DNA of 63,967 nucleotides, counting the filler, from Reclinomonas americana ATCC 50394 (lineage: Eukaryota), in the NCBI GenBank assembly GCA_048213135.1. It is 14 parts of 14 records of this genome, joined end to end, with 100 filler letters (N's around TTAATTAATTAA, not from the genome) between each part and the next. Parts side by side here need not be neighbours in the genome. Positions count along the whole stretch, not along the records: positions 35,105 to 42,347 come from AFZH01017751.1; positions 42,448 to 45,906 come from AFZH01017752.1; positions 46,007 to 49,836 come from AFZH01017753.1; positions 49,937 to 54,838 come from AFZH01017754.1; 10 more parts are not named here. One strand, written 5' to 3'. Shown here one piece after another: positions 36,594-49,971 of this stretch. The position numbers and the translations under genes are program-made. The first letter of the stretch is position 1. Every line of letters begins with the position of its first letter. Below the pieces are notes generated by a model. That model was not told the origin of the DNA, ran no database searches, and saw nothing but the letters and a program-made list of their open reading frames with translations.

Positions 36594-39500
36594 ATGGCCT
36601 TCTCGCCTCGAACGCCGACGGCGCCCTTGAGTGGTGGCCACTATGCCGCCTCCTCCTCATCGTCCTCGTCGTCGTCGTTTGCTGCCTCGTCCTCTGGGAC
36701 AGCAGCAGCAGCGGCCGCAGCAGCGGCATCTGGTTCGTCGTCTGGATGGATGAGTGTGCCTGCGCTGTCGGCCGAGGACGAGGAGCTGTGTCGGGTGCCG
36801 CAGCTGGTGCAGGAGAGCTTGAACAGGGACTCGCGCGCCTCGCGCTTCACGCACTCGTGGGGACGCGATCCGGAAATGGCGGTCTGTGTGTGTGTGTTTG
36901 TGTTGTCTGTGCGGCATTTCCCTCGCGACACACACTCACGCGCACGCTGTGTGCAGTCGCGTGAGGAGTTCGCCGTTGGCAAGTTCCTCGACTTTCCTGA
37001 GAGTCTGGCCGAGAAGATTCAGCACATGGGTGAGTGTGTCTCTCTGTGCATTGAGAGAGAGAGAGAGAGTGCATGTTGGTTCATGGGTTGTTGATATGCA
37101 CACACGCAGACGTGAACTACTACTTTGATCTGGGTCTGCTGCCGCAAATCAACCGTGCCTACCTCACCATTGACAACAAGCTGTACATGTGGAACTACAT
37201 CTCTCGGTGTGTCAAGGTCAAGGTCAAGGGAGTCCCATTGCATTGCGTCGCTCACCGTGTTGGTGCAGATCGGATGTGCTGCTGTGCTGGGAGCAGGCGC
37301 CGCAGATGATTGTCAGTGTGGGCATTGTGCGACCCAAGCCGTTGCGTCTTCCCTTTCCCTGACTGTCTGTGTGTTCTGTTGACGCTTGTCGTGCAGTTTT
37401 GTGTTTGCCGACGACGATGAGTACCTGCTGGTGATTGCGACGCCGACGGAGGTGTCGCTAGTCACCGTGCGTGTGACGGACAACAGCCCACCGTTTGCGG
37501 AGATCCGGTTGGCGCCGAGTTGCGTGGGTTGACGGTGGGTTGAATGGCTGCTGATTGACTGACACTCCTGTGGTGTGCACAGCGCACTATGTCATGCCCA
37601 CCGACGATGTCATCATCACTCGCATTGTTGGCACGCCCACTGTTGCGTTTGTGCTTGCCTTGTCACGCGCTCTCGCAGAACTGCACGCACTGACACGATC
37701 TTTCCGTGCAGGGTCGCATTTTCATGACGGGCAAGGACGGCTGCCTCTACGAGCTCATTTACGACGCAGAAGACGGCTGGTTCACGAAAAAGTTCCGCAA
37801 GCGCAACTGCAGTCGGCCGCGCCTCTCGTCGTTGGTGCCGCCGTTCTTGCGGTTCGTATTCTTGTGATGAGGAAGGAGTAGCGACTGGCGGCTGTCGCTC
37901 ACGCGCCTATTGTGCAGGTTGTGGTGGTCATCGGTGCCGGTAGTGGACGTGTGCACAGTCTCCACACCAGATACGGGCAGTTCGGCGTCGGTGCGCGGCG
38001 GCAGCTTCCTGTTCACGCTGAACCTCGAGTCTGTGGTGACGGTGTGTTGTTGTTGCATGCGAGAGATCATTTGCGAGAGCTCGTCCACTCACCACACTCG
38101 CACACAGGCCTACAGTCTCGGTCTGGAGGGTGACTCGTTGAACAAGGTGCAGGAGCTGCAGTACCGAGTTTCGTAACCACAAGGGCGTGCATTCTGCTGT
38201 GGAAGTGTTGTGCTGACTGTCGACGTAATGTGGCAGGAGAAACGCGACTCGATTGTGCGTCTGTTCCCGCTGGATGCCGGCGCCGATCAGGAGCGATACG
38301 CAGTGGCGAGCGTCATGGGCGTGACGCAGCGCGGTCATCGCATTCTCTTCCAAGTCAAACTGGTATGCATTGGTGGTGGTGAGAACATCGAATGACACCA
38401 AGCCCTTACACGATGCACAGCGGTATGGATCGTACGAGTTCGATGCCGTGGCGGAGCACAGACCGCCAGCAGTGGGCGAAGCCGAAATGGTTCGTCGTTG
38501 TGGGAGATTTATGAGAGATAGCGGGAGTTTGCTCATCGCCTTGATCGTTGCAGGATCCCTCACCAGCGTGTTTCCACGAGGACGGCATTTACATGTTTGC
38601 GCGACCCACACATGCGGTACGCATGCTGCTCGTCGCCATCGTGTCATCGTCGTCGTCGCATGAGACTAATCATTTGCTGTGCAGGATGGCAACGCAGCCA
38701 GCCAGATTCTCTGCATGTCGCCCAACACCACGCGCTTCTACAGCGCGGCTTCCTCTCATGAGTTGCGTCACTAGCTTCGTGCTCCTGGCTGCCATGATGA
38801 TGCTCATGCTCTCCATCGCAACGCAGTCCGTACAATGCGTTCGAGGTGTACGAGCTGATCACGGTAAATGCGTGGTCCTTCGATAATGTTTGCAGCACAC
38901 ATGCATGAACTCATTCTGCGTCTGTAGGTGCCGGGACGCGTGTACGACATTGCCGAAATCCCCGTCCACCTCATGTTCATGTACAATCGCCAGCAGCTCG
39001 AGTATCTCCGCAGCTGTTTGCCTGATGCAAGCTCCAAACCCACGGTGCGGCACTTACCGTCTGATGTCAAGTGATTGTTGAATGCTGACGTCGTTCACAG
39101 ATTCATCAATTCTTGGATCGTGGCTTTGCCAATCCGCTGTACGCCAATAACGAAATCCCAGCACAACATGTACTCCCGCCACGGCAATTTGTGTGTCTCA
39201 CCAATCGCGGCATCTGGATCTTGGTGAGGCGTTCACCAAGCGCGCACATTGTGTGGTTCACAGCAGCTCATCACGCGCGTTGGTGTGACAGGAAAAACCA
39301 AGACCAATCGACGACTTGAGTCGCATCCTGACCAACAATCCGTTTGTGGACTCACCAGCACTACAAGCGCATGTTGCGTGCTCCAGTTGCTGCTGCTGAT
39401 ATCTGTGGAGGTGGCGCGACTGACACTTCTGCGCTGCAGACGAAGATGTTTGGCGAGGATCAGTTTTGTGCCATGTGCATGGCTCTCTCGTGCCGTGTGA

Positions 39501-42500
39501 ACTCCATTGCCCTACAATTCCTCGCCCCGTCGTACGCCGGCGTGGCGGCGACCACATTCTCGGTGCAGGCGATGGAGGCGGCTAAGTGGGCGTGCATCTT
39601 GCATGGTGGCAAGCCGATGGTGCGTGATGGGAGTGCGAGGGAAAGGGATAGAGAGAGTGGGAGGGAGGGAGGGAGCGGGAGGGAAATTGGAAGAGAAGGG
39701 AGAGAGAGAGTGGGAGGGAAATAGAGAGAGAAGGGAGGGAAATAGGGAGGGAAATAGGAAGAGAAGGGAGAGAGAGAGTGGGAGGGAAATAGAGAGAGAA
39801 GGGAGAGAGAGCGCGAGAGAAAGAGAGTGTGTGTGTTTTGAGGAGTTAGAGGGATAGAGAGGGATCAAGTGAGTGTGAATGCGCGAGAGACAGACTGAAG
39901 CCACAGTGTCGAGATTGCATCCAACAAGACAGACTGACAACTGATCGTCAATGAGAGAGAGAGAGAGAGAGAGAGTGGTTTATTCAATACAATCGCAGTT
40001 CAGCAATAATAGATTGCTAACTCTGCGTCTACAGCGCACGGAGTCATCGCTGGCCGTGGCTCGCCAGGGCGGTGCATCACCGGTGGCCTTGTTGCAGCAG
40101 TCGATGGCCGCACAACAACACGAAATCCAGGTGTCGCACATGTGCCGCGGCATTGTGGTGTATCTGTCTCGCCTTTTGCGACCGCTGTGGATGTTCCGTC
40201 CGTTTGCACTGTGCATCGGTATGCGTTCTTCGCCCTTCCCCCCTCTCTCCCCGGTGAGTCTCTCTGCTCACGTTCCTTGTCTCCGTGTAAGACCCGTGGA
40301 CCGGCATGCCGCTCTCCGGTCGCTACGCCGTGGCCTACAACGCGTTCACTCTCGAGTTTACGATGGAGTCGTTGAATCGGTTGCATCGCTTTGTCAGTGA
40401 GACTACCCCCGTGACACGCTACAGCCCGACGTTGGAGGAGCAGGTGCGTTGGCGATGCACGCGTGACAGTGAATGTCGCCAGTATTTGTGCTGATTGCTG
40501 GTGTGTGCGAGCAGAAGGAGCGCAATGCCCGGCTGGCGATTTCGGAATTCGTCAATCGGTGCATGCAGGTGGTGGCGTTTATTGAGCTCGTGAAGCGTCT
40601 GGAGGACAAGACGGCGGTGCAGGACGCGTTGCGTAGTGGCCTGCATATTGTTTCTTCTTTTGCGTGTGGCCAACCCCAATATGCACAGCCTGCGCTCCAT
40701 TATGACTGGCTCGGAACCGACATTTGAGTCGATGATTCCGCTTCCCGAAAAGACCTCGGCCGCAGTGACTCGGCTGAAGGAGGGTCTCATTGGCGCGGCG
40801 TCGGTTCGTGTCTCATTTTCGCCACATTCATGCTGGATGATGCATCCTGACTCGCGGTGTGTGGGCATAGATTGAGGGTGTTTGTGAGGAACTCGGTCGC
40901 CGGTGTCCGGCACTTTACGATCCGGCCGACGAGGCGTGGAACCTGATTGTGTTCGCCGACGGCATGGTGGATGAGCAGTCGAAGCAGCAGGCGTTGCAAG
41001 TTGCGCCAGTCGCCGTCGGTGTGAGAAGCCCGCTTGCCACGTTTTCACTCACGTGTCGCGCAGGCGTCGCTGGAGGTGTTTTTGATGAGTGATGCCACAT
41101 TCGACCTGGAGAAGCTGGTGGGCCAGTACAAGAAGGAGGGCTTTTATCGTGGTATTGTGGCTGTGTGTCTCCACGTGGCCAGCAAGAAGGATCCGGGTGG
41201 TGCGTTGCGAGAAGAACCTTGACGGCGTGTATCGTCACCTCATACATGCATCACCTGTACAGACAAAGTGCTGCGCAAGTGGAAGGATCGCAAGGACTGT
41301 GTGGGCTTCTCGGCCGACGAGCTGTTTGCGTTTGGCGCTCGCCGAACCTGCTACGAGTACATTGTCAACATGTTGAGCACGCTGCAGGGGAGTCGCGAGA
41401 GCTGTTCCGACAGTTGCGATGGAATGGTGTTGTGCCAATCTTGCGCCTTGTTGAGTTGCTCACTGCGCGAATGGCGATGTAGTTGAGAAGGGCCGCCTCA
41501 CACGCAAGCTGAACGAAGTTGCGTCGCCAGTGTGACTGATTGTCACGTTGAAGGTGTACTCATTTTGTGCTCTTCATTTCCCCACACACACCAGCTGGTG
41601 GAGCAGTGCCTGCAGAGCAGTGACGAACTGTTCCACTACCGACTCTACGAGTGGATCCTGGAGTCCAAGTTTGCTCGGTTGTTTGAGGTGCGATTCTCTT
41701 TCGCTGTCATTTGCGAGGGTGCCTGTCTCACCAAAGCAACAGATGCGCACACCGTATCTGGAGGGCTTTTTGCGTGGCCTACAGCAGTCGGCCGACATGG
41801 AGAGTCGCGACTTGCTGTGGAAGTTCCTGAAGCACAGTCGTCGGTACACCGAGGCCGCCAAGATTTTGACCGAGGTGAGAGCGAGTGCCGGTCGCGCAGT
41901 GTGTATGAGTGGTTGACCGCAGGTGCACAGCTCGCCGTCACCAAGGACCACAACTTCACGGTGCCGTTCCACGTGCGCTTGCGCTATCTGCTGGACGCGA
42001 TCGCCTGTGCTCGTGTGTCCACCGAGCAGTCGCAGCTGGTGTTTGAACTGCAGGATCTGTTGGATGTTGCGTGCTTTTTGTGCTTAATGGTGAAGGGGGA
42101 CGTTTTCTTATTCAGGGAATGTGTGCAGGTGGCGCGCATTCAGGAAGCGGTGCTCGATGTGTTGCAGCTGGAGATCAGTGCGGGCCCTCCAGCAGGGAGC
42201 GAGTTGGCGGTTGCCTGTGAGAATTTGTTGTCGCCGGAGATGGTAAGAGGGGGTAGAAAGGGGAAGGGGTAGAAGGGGAAGGGTTGAGGGGGAGGAAGGG
42301 AGAATGGGAGGGTGAGGGAAGAGAGAAAGGGGAAGGGGTGGGGATGCNNNNNNNNNNNNNNNNNNNNNNNNNNNNNNNNNNNNNNNNNNNNTTAATTAAT
42401 TAANNNNNNNNNNNNNNNNNNNNNNNNNNNNNNNNNNNNNNNNNNNNGAAGGGAGAGAGAGAGAAACGGGGTGAGATTAGTGTGTGGCCGTGAGTGAATG

Positions 42501-43950
42501 GTGGGCTGGGGGCGGCAGTCCTTGGGAGGTTGACAATGAGTGCGAGAGTGCGAGTATTGCGTGGAAGAGAGTAAAGTGAGAATGAGTGTGTGGTGTGTGA
42601 GCTGAACTTTGAGTGCGTCACAGTGAGTGCATGAGAGAGACGGAGTGGGAAAGTGAAGAGATGGAAGGAAGAATGAGTGTGCGGACCCGAATACGACTGA
42701 GGCAGCGTGCGAGCGAATGTCGCTTTTATATACTAACGTGTGTGAAGAAAGAGAGAGTGAAAGTGAGAAGGTGTGTGGAGAGAGACGATGCCAATGCTTG
42801 GCAGTTCATGTGTGCCCTGTTGTACTTGGATCCTTAGCGCGCGTATGTGGGAGCGAGTGCTTTGCGTGTTAAAGAGAGTGAACAATTGAGAATGAGTGTG
42901 GACGCGAGTGTGTTGCAGTTACTCGTGAGACGAGACGACTGACAGAAAGAGAGAGAGGAACGGGGAGAACTGAATGTGTGCGTGAGAGTGAGAAGGTGAA
43001 CGAGAGTGCGAGAGAAAAGAAAGAGCGTGAGACAGTGTGTGTGTGTGTGAATGCGTGACGCCGTCTGCAGTTGACTACATGTTCCTGTGGATGTTTATGC
43101 TTACTGACCGTTCATTCCAGGTGTACGGCCTGTGCGACCTGTACCGCGACGTGGTGGATGCACGCGGGCGTCTGATGTACAATGTGCTCCTGAAGTACAT
43201 GCTGGCTGTGGTCTACAAGATCGGTGACAACACCACGGCCGACGAGATCTGGGAGCACATTATCAATCAAGGTGCGATGTCATCACACACAGACTACCTA
43301 CCATCGTCGATCTCACTCTTACCTGCGCCGCAGAGTCGGCACTTGATCAATCCATTGGCGACGACTCGGGCGCCGCCTTCCACACGTCGGTGCTCGATCT
43401 GCTGCGTCTGGCCTTCCCCGACGAGTACTTGCCGCATCCCAACGGCGTCAATCCCACCGTACCCGTGTCGTCGCGTGGTTACACACGAAAGCAGCGCGTG
43501 CTGGAGGGACTGGCCGAGCGGTTCGAGGTGCTCGCCGCACGCCGCAACTGGCACTCGTGCTGGGGTGTGCGACTGCTGCTGGCCAGCGGCCTGCCACCGG
43601 ATCACGTGTACCGGCGTTACGCTCAGTTTGTCAAGGTTGGTATGGGAAGGGAGGGAAGGGTGTCTGACCGATGCGATGCTCACTCGCGCTTGCGCGTGCA
43701 GAGCGGCTCACAACTACCCGCCGAGGCTGCGCGTCAGGCGCAAAAATCGACCGAGGAGATTCGTCTGCGCTTGTTCGAGGCGCTGATCTGTGTGTTGGAG
43801 CAGCTGCCGCGGCGGTCGGTGTCATCGCTGCGTGCCGAGGGCAATCAGTTTGTCACGGAGTTGCGGCGTTTGGTGGTCTCCGACGTCCAGCGCCCGCGGT
43901 TGGAGGAGGTGCTGCGCAATCTGCAGCGTGCATTTAATCTGGGCGGCTAA
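36594..43950 (+). CDS. NUP155: Nucleoporin Nup155/Nup170 (about 30 introns, spans one gap)
   Basis: [37 protein letters not shown]...[25 protein letters not shown]...[61 protein letters not shown]. Confidence 0.95.
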
Positions 43951-44009
43951 CGTAGGGTGATTTGGGGGGAGAGGATTGTGGCAATGAATACGCGGTGGCG
44001 AGCGAGGTA

Positions 44010-44618
44010 GAAAGGGAAGAGGAATAGACACTGATCAGATTGGTTTATCTATGCTGTTTGCTGCTGAGCGTACGTACCCTCTCACTGTCTGATAGTTGAG
44101 GCGGTGGGGCACCAGACTGTGAGGGAAGAGGAATAGTCACTGATCAGCTGGCGCACTATATTCTTGGTCCATCGAGGGCACAGCTCCGCCAGTTGAAGCA
44201 GACGGTTGAGGCGTCGTTGCAGCACCAGCCTTGCAGTATCGATGCCGATCTGGCGGAGTGCAGTGAGGGTAAAGGAGCAGAAACTGATGATCGCCCTGCT
44301 GCTTGTCTCTTACTGTCTCCCAGAGGATGCAGCGCCAGCAGTAGAATCAGACGTGGCGTTGGCGCAGCACCCCACTTTGAGGGAAGAGGAATAGTCACTG
44401 ATCAGCTGGCGCACTATATCCTTAGCGAGCTTGGCCATTGGTTTATCGAGGGGACAGCTCCGCCAGTTGAAGCAGACGGTTGAGGCGTCGTTGCAGCGCC
44501 AGCCTTGAAGTATCGATGCCAATCTGGCGGAGTGCAGTGAGGGTAAAGGAGCAGAAACTGAGCAGATGGCGCACTATATTCTTGGTCCATCGACGCTGTT
44601 CGCTCTTCTGCGTTCCTC
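44010..44618. repeat. Tandem degenerate duplications of the STOML2 3' coding end and 3' flank
   Basis: AGCAGACGGTTG...GCGCCAGCCTT...ATCGATGCCGATCTGGCGGAGTG occurs in the gene (about 44665-44730) and again at about 44200-44260 and 44470-44535. GGGAAGAGGAATAGTCACTGATCAG occurs about 3 times. Confidence 0.85.
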
Positions 44619-45764
44619 TCACTGTCTCCCAGAGGACGCAGCGCCAGCAGCTCCAACACTTGTAGCAGACGGTTGGGCTGGTGGAGCAGCGCCAGCCTTT
44701 GAGGCATCGATGCCGATCTGGCGGAGTGTGGCGTCCACAGCGCCGGCCTCGCTCAGTTGCGGTCCCAGGCCGTTGCGCCTCATGGCGTCGAAAATGGTCA
44801 GTCCTTGTGCAACCGTGCCTGTTGCCACTGAGGTGAGAGGCCAAGCAAGACAACAAAGAATGAGAGAAGAGAGACAAAAGTGACCTGCCACATCGGTGAC
44901 CGTGGTCGGCACAATCAGCGTGTTGGTCCGCTGCGCCAAGCGCCCGAATTCGGTAATGTACTGCTCGGCCAGTCGCACAGCCACTGCGTCCTTGCCATTT
45001 GGTGCACTGATGCTCTCCGCAATCGATCGAATGGCCGAGGCGGTGGCCGCCGCTCGCTGTCGAATGGCACTCGCCTCGCCCTCGGCGTTGTTGATCTGTT
45101 CTTGCATTTCGGCTTCGGACTTGAGCACGGTGGCGCGTTTCCGTCCCTCGGCCACATTCATCGAGTATTCGCGTTCGCCCTCCGACTCCAGCACCTTCTT
45201 GCGCTTCTCGCGTTCGGCTTGTGCTTGGTAGTCCATGGCTTGGCGGACGACGCTGGGAACGGTGATGTCGCCTGGGGGGGTGAGAGGGGAAAGGGAGGGT
45301 GAGAGGGGAAGGAGAGGGAAGGGGAGGAGAGATAGAGGGAGGGAGAAGGAAAGAAAGGAAGAGAGAGAGAGAGAGGAGGAGGAGGAGGAGGAGGAAGAAG
45401 AAGAAGAGGAGGTGGAGAGAAGCGGGTAAGAATGGCAATCAGCAAGACACAGTGAGAACTATCAACAAGGAAGACGATGTGATGATTGAGAGACGAGGAG
45501 ATAAAGAGAAAGTGAGAGAGTGAAGGAGAACAGCGAGATCAAGGCAAGTCGCGAGATACAGAGTGGCAAATGAGCACCAGAAGAGGAGAAAGTGAGAGAG
45601 TGATAGAAGAACAGTGAGACTAAGGCAAGCCGCCGAGATACAGAGCGACAAAGGAACACAAAGAGAAGAGGACACAGAAGACAGTGCAATATACGGCGAG
45701 AAACAGATGGAACCAGCAAAACAAGGAGAGTCAACGAGATGTAGGGAGACAACAGAACACGACA

Positions 45765-45803
<39 letters not shown>

Positions 45804-46058
45804 GACCACAACGACGACGAACGGTACTCGTACGTACGTCGACGAGGTACTTTCCATCCGCCCGTGTACGAACAACGAGGTGGCGTGATGAAGTAAGTGG
45901 GTACGGNNNNNNNNNNNNNNNNNNNNNNNNNNNNNNNNNNNNNNNNNNNNTTAATTAATTAANNNNNNNNNNNNNNNNNNNNNNNNNNNNNNNNNNNNNN
46001 NNNNNNCGAACGAAGACGTACGAACGTACGAACGTAGACGAAGACGACGAACGAGACG

Positions 46059-46145
<87 letters not shown>

Positions 46146-47258
46146 CCACCAACACGCAACGGATCTCGTATCGCAGGATTTCCATGCCCCTGTGACAACA
46201 GTGGCGTGATGAGAATGGTACGGGAAGGCCCACACGCAGAACCGACGCACCATCCAGCGGCAGCTGGGCGGATCGAATTCACAATGGCCATGTTGAGGCC
46301 CTCTCGTTCCTCAAACGTCTGCGGTGAGGAGATGTGTGTGAGTGCTGTGCTCACAACGCCAGGCAGCTGCGTGTGAGCGCTCACCGTGTCGAGACTCAGT
46401 TTGCCGATTTCACTTCGCATGGTCGTCTGCGCCAGCTGCGAGATTGCATACAGCGGGTTCTCGACCTCTGCATGCACACAGTCAGCGGAAGGGAAAGGAA
46501 GGAGAAGCATGGGGAGACGGACCATACGACGCCTTGACTGCATCCACCACGCGGATAAACACGAGACCTGTGGAGGGAGAGATGAGACCAACTGCTGATG
46601 ATGGACTGAGTCAAGGGAGAGATGCTGACCGTCAATGTTTACAATGACATTGTCGCGAGTGATGGCGGTTTGGTTGGGCACATCAAACGCCACCTCCTTC
46701 ATCGAGTGCACATAGCTGAGAAGGAGAAGTGAGTGAGAGTGAGAGAGAGTGTGTATTTGTGATCAATCTCACCGAATGGAATCGACGAGGGGAATGAGAA
46801 AGTGCAGGCCGGCCTCCATCACGCGGTTGAACTTGCCGAGTCGCTCAACGACCCACATTTCTTGTTGCGGGACCACGCGGATGCCCTGTGGTGGAAGAGA
46901 GAGAGAGAGGTGAGTGAGTTGTGTGTGGAATGAGCGCATCTCTATGATTGTGCGGATGCGTGTGTCTTGCGTGAGTGCGTGCGTGCGTGCACGTACCCAG
47001 TTCACAGGCATGGAGCGTCGCACGCCGTAGCCGGTGGAGAAGGAACGTGAGGTGACTTGTCGCCACTGTGAGTGGATGAGTTGAGTGAGCGAGGTGTGAC
47101 AAGAAGAGCCGGAGGCCTTTGCTGCTGCTGCTGCTTGGGTACGTGGGGGGCACGCACCGCTGAGGAGAGACGTGGGAGGAGCATTCGTGCGCTTGAGTGA
47201 GCTGATATGACGACAGGATGATACCGACGTTTGGCCTTCCAGCGCTGCGGGACAACAC
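44619..47258 (-). CDS. STOML2: Stomatin-like protein 2 (SPFH/band 7, mitochondrial); start approximate, spans a gap
   Basis: VPQQEMWVVERLGKFNRVMEAGLHFLIPLVDSI, AITRDNV, YAISQLAQTTMRSEIGKLSLD.TFEERE.LN, ILRYEIRDI, QAQAEREKRKKVLESEG, RLAEQYITEFGRLAQRTNTLIVP. Confidence 0.95.
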
Positions 47259-48011
47259 TTGTACAGAATACGAAAGGTTTATTCAGTGCATGTGGACCAG
47301 AGAGGACACGTCGATGCACGCGCGCTGCACCGCGGAATCGCGTGGCTCTCTATCTTATTGCCCTAACTATATATACAAGGCGTGTAAATCTAGCTTGGAG
47401 ATCTGTACATGTGTCGCAACCGTGGCATGTGCAGCGCTGCGGATTGCTCAACAGCAAGCGTGGGTTGCAATGGCGCTCACATGCTCACTGTCAACCTCAC
47501 CTCCTCCGCAATCTCCACGCGCGCACAACAGTCACAACCAGCGCGACTATCATGGCAATCCGACAAGTTGTGGCGGAGCCCGTGACGTCCACATCCATAC
47601 TGCAGCTGGTGGACGTTACTGTTGCCTGGAGGCGCATCCTCTCGACATCTTGCGGTGAGTCAGAAGCTATGCAAGTAATACTGGCGGCGGGCGAACCGTA
47701 CCAGCGGTGGAGGAAGAAGTCGATCCGCCTGCTGAAGAGCTGGAACTCATGAAGCTGTGTGGTGTGTATGCGTCTGCGGCGGGGAGTATGCTAGGGCAAA
47801 GCAGTGTGCGTGCGCTCGAAAGTGTGCAACAAGAGAAGATCAAGCTCACACACAACTGTGAGGTCTAAAACAGTAACATCCTTTCGGAACCAGTCGTCAC
47901 AGTCGTCGATCCCGAATCCGGAGATTGTTAACTGCACCGTGTTAGGCTATCTAGGAGTGCATCACGTTGGTCGTTAGACACTTCAAATTTGACCATCGCT
48001 GACCACTTCAC

Positions 48012-49208
48012 TCACACCCCCACCACCACCCCAAACTCCTCCCTCAACACTCTCCTCATCTCCTCATCCCCACTCACCACCTCCGACGTGCGCTCCCCAC
48101 GCGCCGTAACCCTGCGAAACAAACGATACTCCTCACACTCCTTCCCACGATCCGTCTCCTCACCGGCCCACATCCCTACATACAACCAACCATTCGTCAA
48201 CGCCACCCCTGCACACCTTACACGCGTACGCCACGCCACTCACCACTCGCCAGCGTCACCCGACCACCATTCTCAGTGGCACGAGAGCACACCGATCCAC
48301 GCATAAACGGCGACGACTTATCGCTCTGATGAAACTCGCACATGCCAACAAACGTCTCCGGGTACGGCACCGGTCGCGTGTCGACCTCCAGAATCAAGTT
48401 GAACGCGCACTGCCCCACCACGCCATCCACCTCCCGCGGCTCCACCTGCTCCACCGACCGCATCGGCGCCGTGGCCGACGGACCCTCCACCCGCGACTCC
48501 CACGGCACCACCTCAAACAGGCGCCACACGCAGCCCGCACGCTCGCCATCCACCGGCTCACCATCCGCCGCAATCGCTCCACGCGGTAGCCGACACAGCG
48601 CATACGCCAGCCCATCGTAGTCCTCGGCCTGCACCACCTCCGAGACCATTGCCACCGGTGATACCTATGGCTTGACAGTCAGTACAGCATGCACAGTGAC
48701 CGAGGAGACAACAAGGAGGTAGAGCAGCACCGTGGCACGTCCATTGCCGGCATCACAGAACCACACGCCGTCCTCGGGATCCTCGAGCGCCACCCGCAAA
48801 CTAACATGCGTATGCGGTGGACCAAATCCCTGCACCGGTCGCCATATACGCGCCGACATGTAGTCGACACGCGCAAAGCCGAGGGCGCGAAGGAGCCACG
48901 CCAGCGCCCCGTTGCACTCAAAGCAAAAGCCGCCACGTCGACGTCGCACAATCTTGTCAAGCAAAAGCTCTTCGCGGAGGATGATCGGGTGTGGCGCGTA
49001 GCAAACGTCGAGGTTCTCAAATGGAACCTGTGTGTGCGCGCGTGAGAGAGAGAGCGAGAGTGCGTGACAAGGCAATGAGCGTCGTAACATGTGTTGTGTG
49101 CGCGCGATGCACTTTCTTGAGTGTGTCGAGTGTGGGCGGGAAGAGTGTCTCGTCGGGAGGGAGGCCCAGACGCGCCAAGTACGCACGCAGCATCGACTTC
49201 TCCTCCAT
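48012..49208 (-). CDS. Arylamine N-acetyltransferase (NAT family), 4 exons
   Basis: AYLARLG...TLDTLKKVHRAH, VPFENLD, DKIVRRRRGGFCFECNG (catalytic Cys), PHTHVSL (His), WFCDAGNG (Asp), SPF, and C-terminal VLREEFG. Confidence 0.92.
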
Positions 49209-49270
49209 CGTATTGAACTCCGATGTTGTGTCCCGCGGAGTCTTCTTCTCACGTTATTTTTCGCTCACGA

Positions 49271-49936
49271 ATGCTGCGACTGGTGTGTGGGCTTATGAGA
49301 GACAGTGTCTTGTGTGTGTGTCTTGCGTGTGTGTGTGAGTGTGAGGGGAAGAGTGGCCATGGCGCGGCATCTTGCACTTACTCTCTCTTGTGTGTGTGCT
49401 CTCTCTCTCTCTTAGTTGAGTCGATCGAGTGTGGTTCCGTGTGGTCAGCGTGCGGCTTTCCACCGCAGTGCGCCAGGTTTGTATGTGTGTCTTTGTGTGT
49501 GTCGTGATGCAATGATTCACTGATTCTCTCTCTTTTTTTTGTTGTTGTTGTAGCGCTGGCCGAGGCCAACAAGAACCTCGAGTTCAACTGGGAGGATGCG
49601 TTGAATCTGGAGTCGCAGTTGACGGAGGAGGAGCGCATGATTCGTGATAATGTTGAGTGTGGAGGGAGGATGGGAGAGAGGAGTTGGGGGGCGAGAGGGA
49701 AGGGAGAGGCGGTTTCCTGAGGGATGTATGCAGGGGAGGTGGTGTGTGTGATGTGCAGCAAGTGACTGAGGGAGAGAGAGATCAATGATTGCGATGGGAG
49801 AGAGATCAAAGATGGCGAAGAGAGAGAGAGAGAGAGNNNNNNNNNNNNNNNNNNNNNNNNNNNNNNNNNNNNNNNNNNNNTTAATTAATTAANNNNNNNN
49901 NNNNNNNNNNNNNNNNNNNNNNNNNNNNNNNNNNNN

Positions 49937-49971
<35 letters not shown>

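Noticed and set aside
37341..37700. Non-canonical TT-starting introns (exon ending in G, intron TTGCGT...)
   Set aside because: Junctions in PITP, the RRM gene and ZNF207 restore conserved residues only if the intron starts at the G, so these are GT-AG introns.
45790..46050. Garbled second copy of the STOML2 exon/intron at 46140-46225 next to the gap
   Set aside because: It resembles a dephased low-quality read end after a (GA)n run, with scattered single-base insertions at a contig edge. Most likely a sequencing artefact.
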